This document shows, piece by piece, positions 63,546 to 64,000 of a DNA stretch of 64,000 nt; within the stretch, counting starts at the first letter, position 1; the number at the start of each line of letters is the position of its first letter. The DNA is taken from the NCBI GenBank assembly GCA_017999435.1, contig JAGNLV010000001.1:391938-455937 (forward strand), read 5' to 3'. The DNA comes from Candidatus Zixiibacteriota bacterium. GTDB taxonomy: Bacteria > Zixibacteria > MSB-5A5 > GN15 > FEB-12. Position numbers and translations under genes: made by a program. A model generated the notes under the pieces. That model saw only the letters and a program-made list of their open reading frames with translations. It searched no databases and was not told the DNA's origin.

Positions 63546-63632
63546 CCGGATGGCAGCAGCCTTGCGTATTCGAAACCGACGGTGGAAGGAGGTGAGATAT
63601 GGCTCATGAGTGACGACGGTACGGATCAACGT
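63546..63632 (+). repeat. 87-bp perfect direct repeat, copy 2
   Basis: Identical to 62241-62327. Weaker similarity continues ~33 nt to the right. There is no start codon in frame (TAA lies 12 codons upstream). Confidence 0.9.
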
Positions 63633-63829
63633 GTCATGACATCGTGGGCTGCATCTTCGGAGTAGCATTGGTAAGCGCTCAGGAGAGGGGAACTCTCGGC
63701 TCCCAATTCACCTCCTGAGCACGGGAATCGAAATTGGAGAGCAATGGTAGCGTATGTCGGCGCCGTTCCGCCTGTGGAGTAGGCGGATGTGAGAGGTCCA
63801 CACAGTGTGGATGGCTTACGGAGGTCAAG

Positions 63830-64000
63830 GTGAAGTGGGTCGTTGCGTTGGCGGTCGTTTTCATGATGTCCTGCGACGGGCCGTTTCGTCCGTCCGATCC
63901 GATCGTCGAGACGTGGGATTTTGAGCCTCGCTGGTCATGGTCGGGGGATAAAATCGCCTATACCAGCCGGGGTATAGTTGACTCGATGTTTGCCCGTCAC
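63830..64000 (+). CDS. Paralogous PD40-type lipoprotein, 5' part (runs off the window)
   Basis: GGAGG lies 5 nt before the GTG. VKWVVALAVVFMMSC lipobox. DPIVETWDFEPRWSWSGDKIAYTS parallels DPEIYPESWDLPPHWSWAGDKIVYAS of the 62624 gene. Confidence 0.55.
   Translation, partial: MKWVVALAVVFMMSCDGPFRPSDPIVETWDFEPRWSWSGDKIAYTSRGIVDSMFARH

Noticed and set aside
62241-63632. Diversity-generating retroelement (template/variable repeat pair) as an explanation for the 87-bp repeat.
   Set aside because: The copies are 100 percent identical, not differing at adenines. Divergence beyond the core is not adenine-specific. No reverse transcriptase gene is present in the window.
1-64000. CRISPR arrays, tRNA or rRNA genes, integrase or att sites.
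   Set aside because: I found no regularly spaced short repeats, no cloverleaf-compatible 70-90-nt segments in the intergenic regions I read, and no recombinase-like ORF. Small RNAs cannot be excluded without covariance-model scans.

Overview
GC-rich (about two-thirds G+C by eye) bacterial chromosomal segment. It is densely coding, on the minus strand up to ~47 kb and on the plus strand from ~47.9 kb. I can support about 56 protein-coding genes, nine intrinsic-terminator hairpins, six sigma70-like promoters, one IS256-type transposase remnant and one 87-bp perfect direct repeat. I recognised no rRNA, tRNA or CRISPR array.

Gene content in order:
- 1-10.4 kb: pepA, a 7-repeat lipoprotein, aroC, an HDOD/sensor signalling pair, miaB.
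- 10.6-15.4 kb: two secreted proteins with C-terminal dockerin-like tags (an M1 aminopeptidase and a five-repeat BACON-like protein).
- 15.7-24 kb: lon; an insulated two-gene unit (Cys-rich 77-aa microprotein plus a Ski2/Hel308-like helicase with an OmpR-type winged-helix tail); a tail-fibre-like surface protein.
- 24-32.5 kb: a TonB/ExbB/ExbD/TPR cluster that includes a protein made of three TonB-C-like modules.
- 32.9-41 kb: a small duplicated-domain protein, a Wzx/MurJ-like flippase, an orphan fused E1 alpha-beta dehydrogenase, an S9 peptidase, a lower-GC orphan outer-membrane-like gene.
- 41-46.5 kb: an iorA-iorB-buk-ptb-ptb operon for 2-oxoacid/amino-acid fermentation.
- 47-61.3 kb: mntP; an Rrf2-regulated sufCBD-Rieske-sufS-sufU-DUF59 operon; a MacAB-like efflux system; nfeD plus an SPFH gene.
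- 61.3-64 kb: a visibly lower-GC accessory tail with the transposase remnant and tandem PD40 beta-propeller lipoprotein paralogues.

The best candidate for an undescribed system is the microprotein plus helicase module at 18.4-21.7 kb, and that remains a hypothesis. All family calls come from motif recognition by eye, with no database search. The many long antisense ORFs rich in R/P/G are treated as high-GC artefacts.
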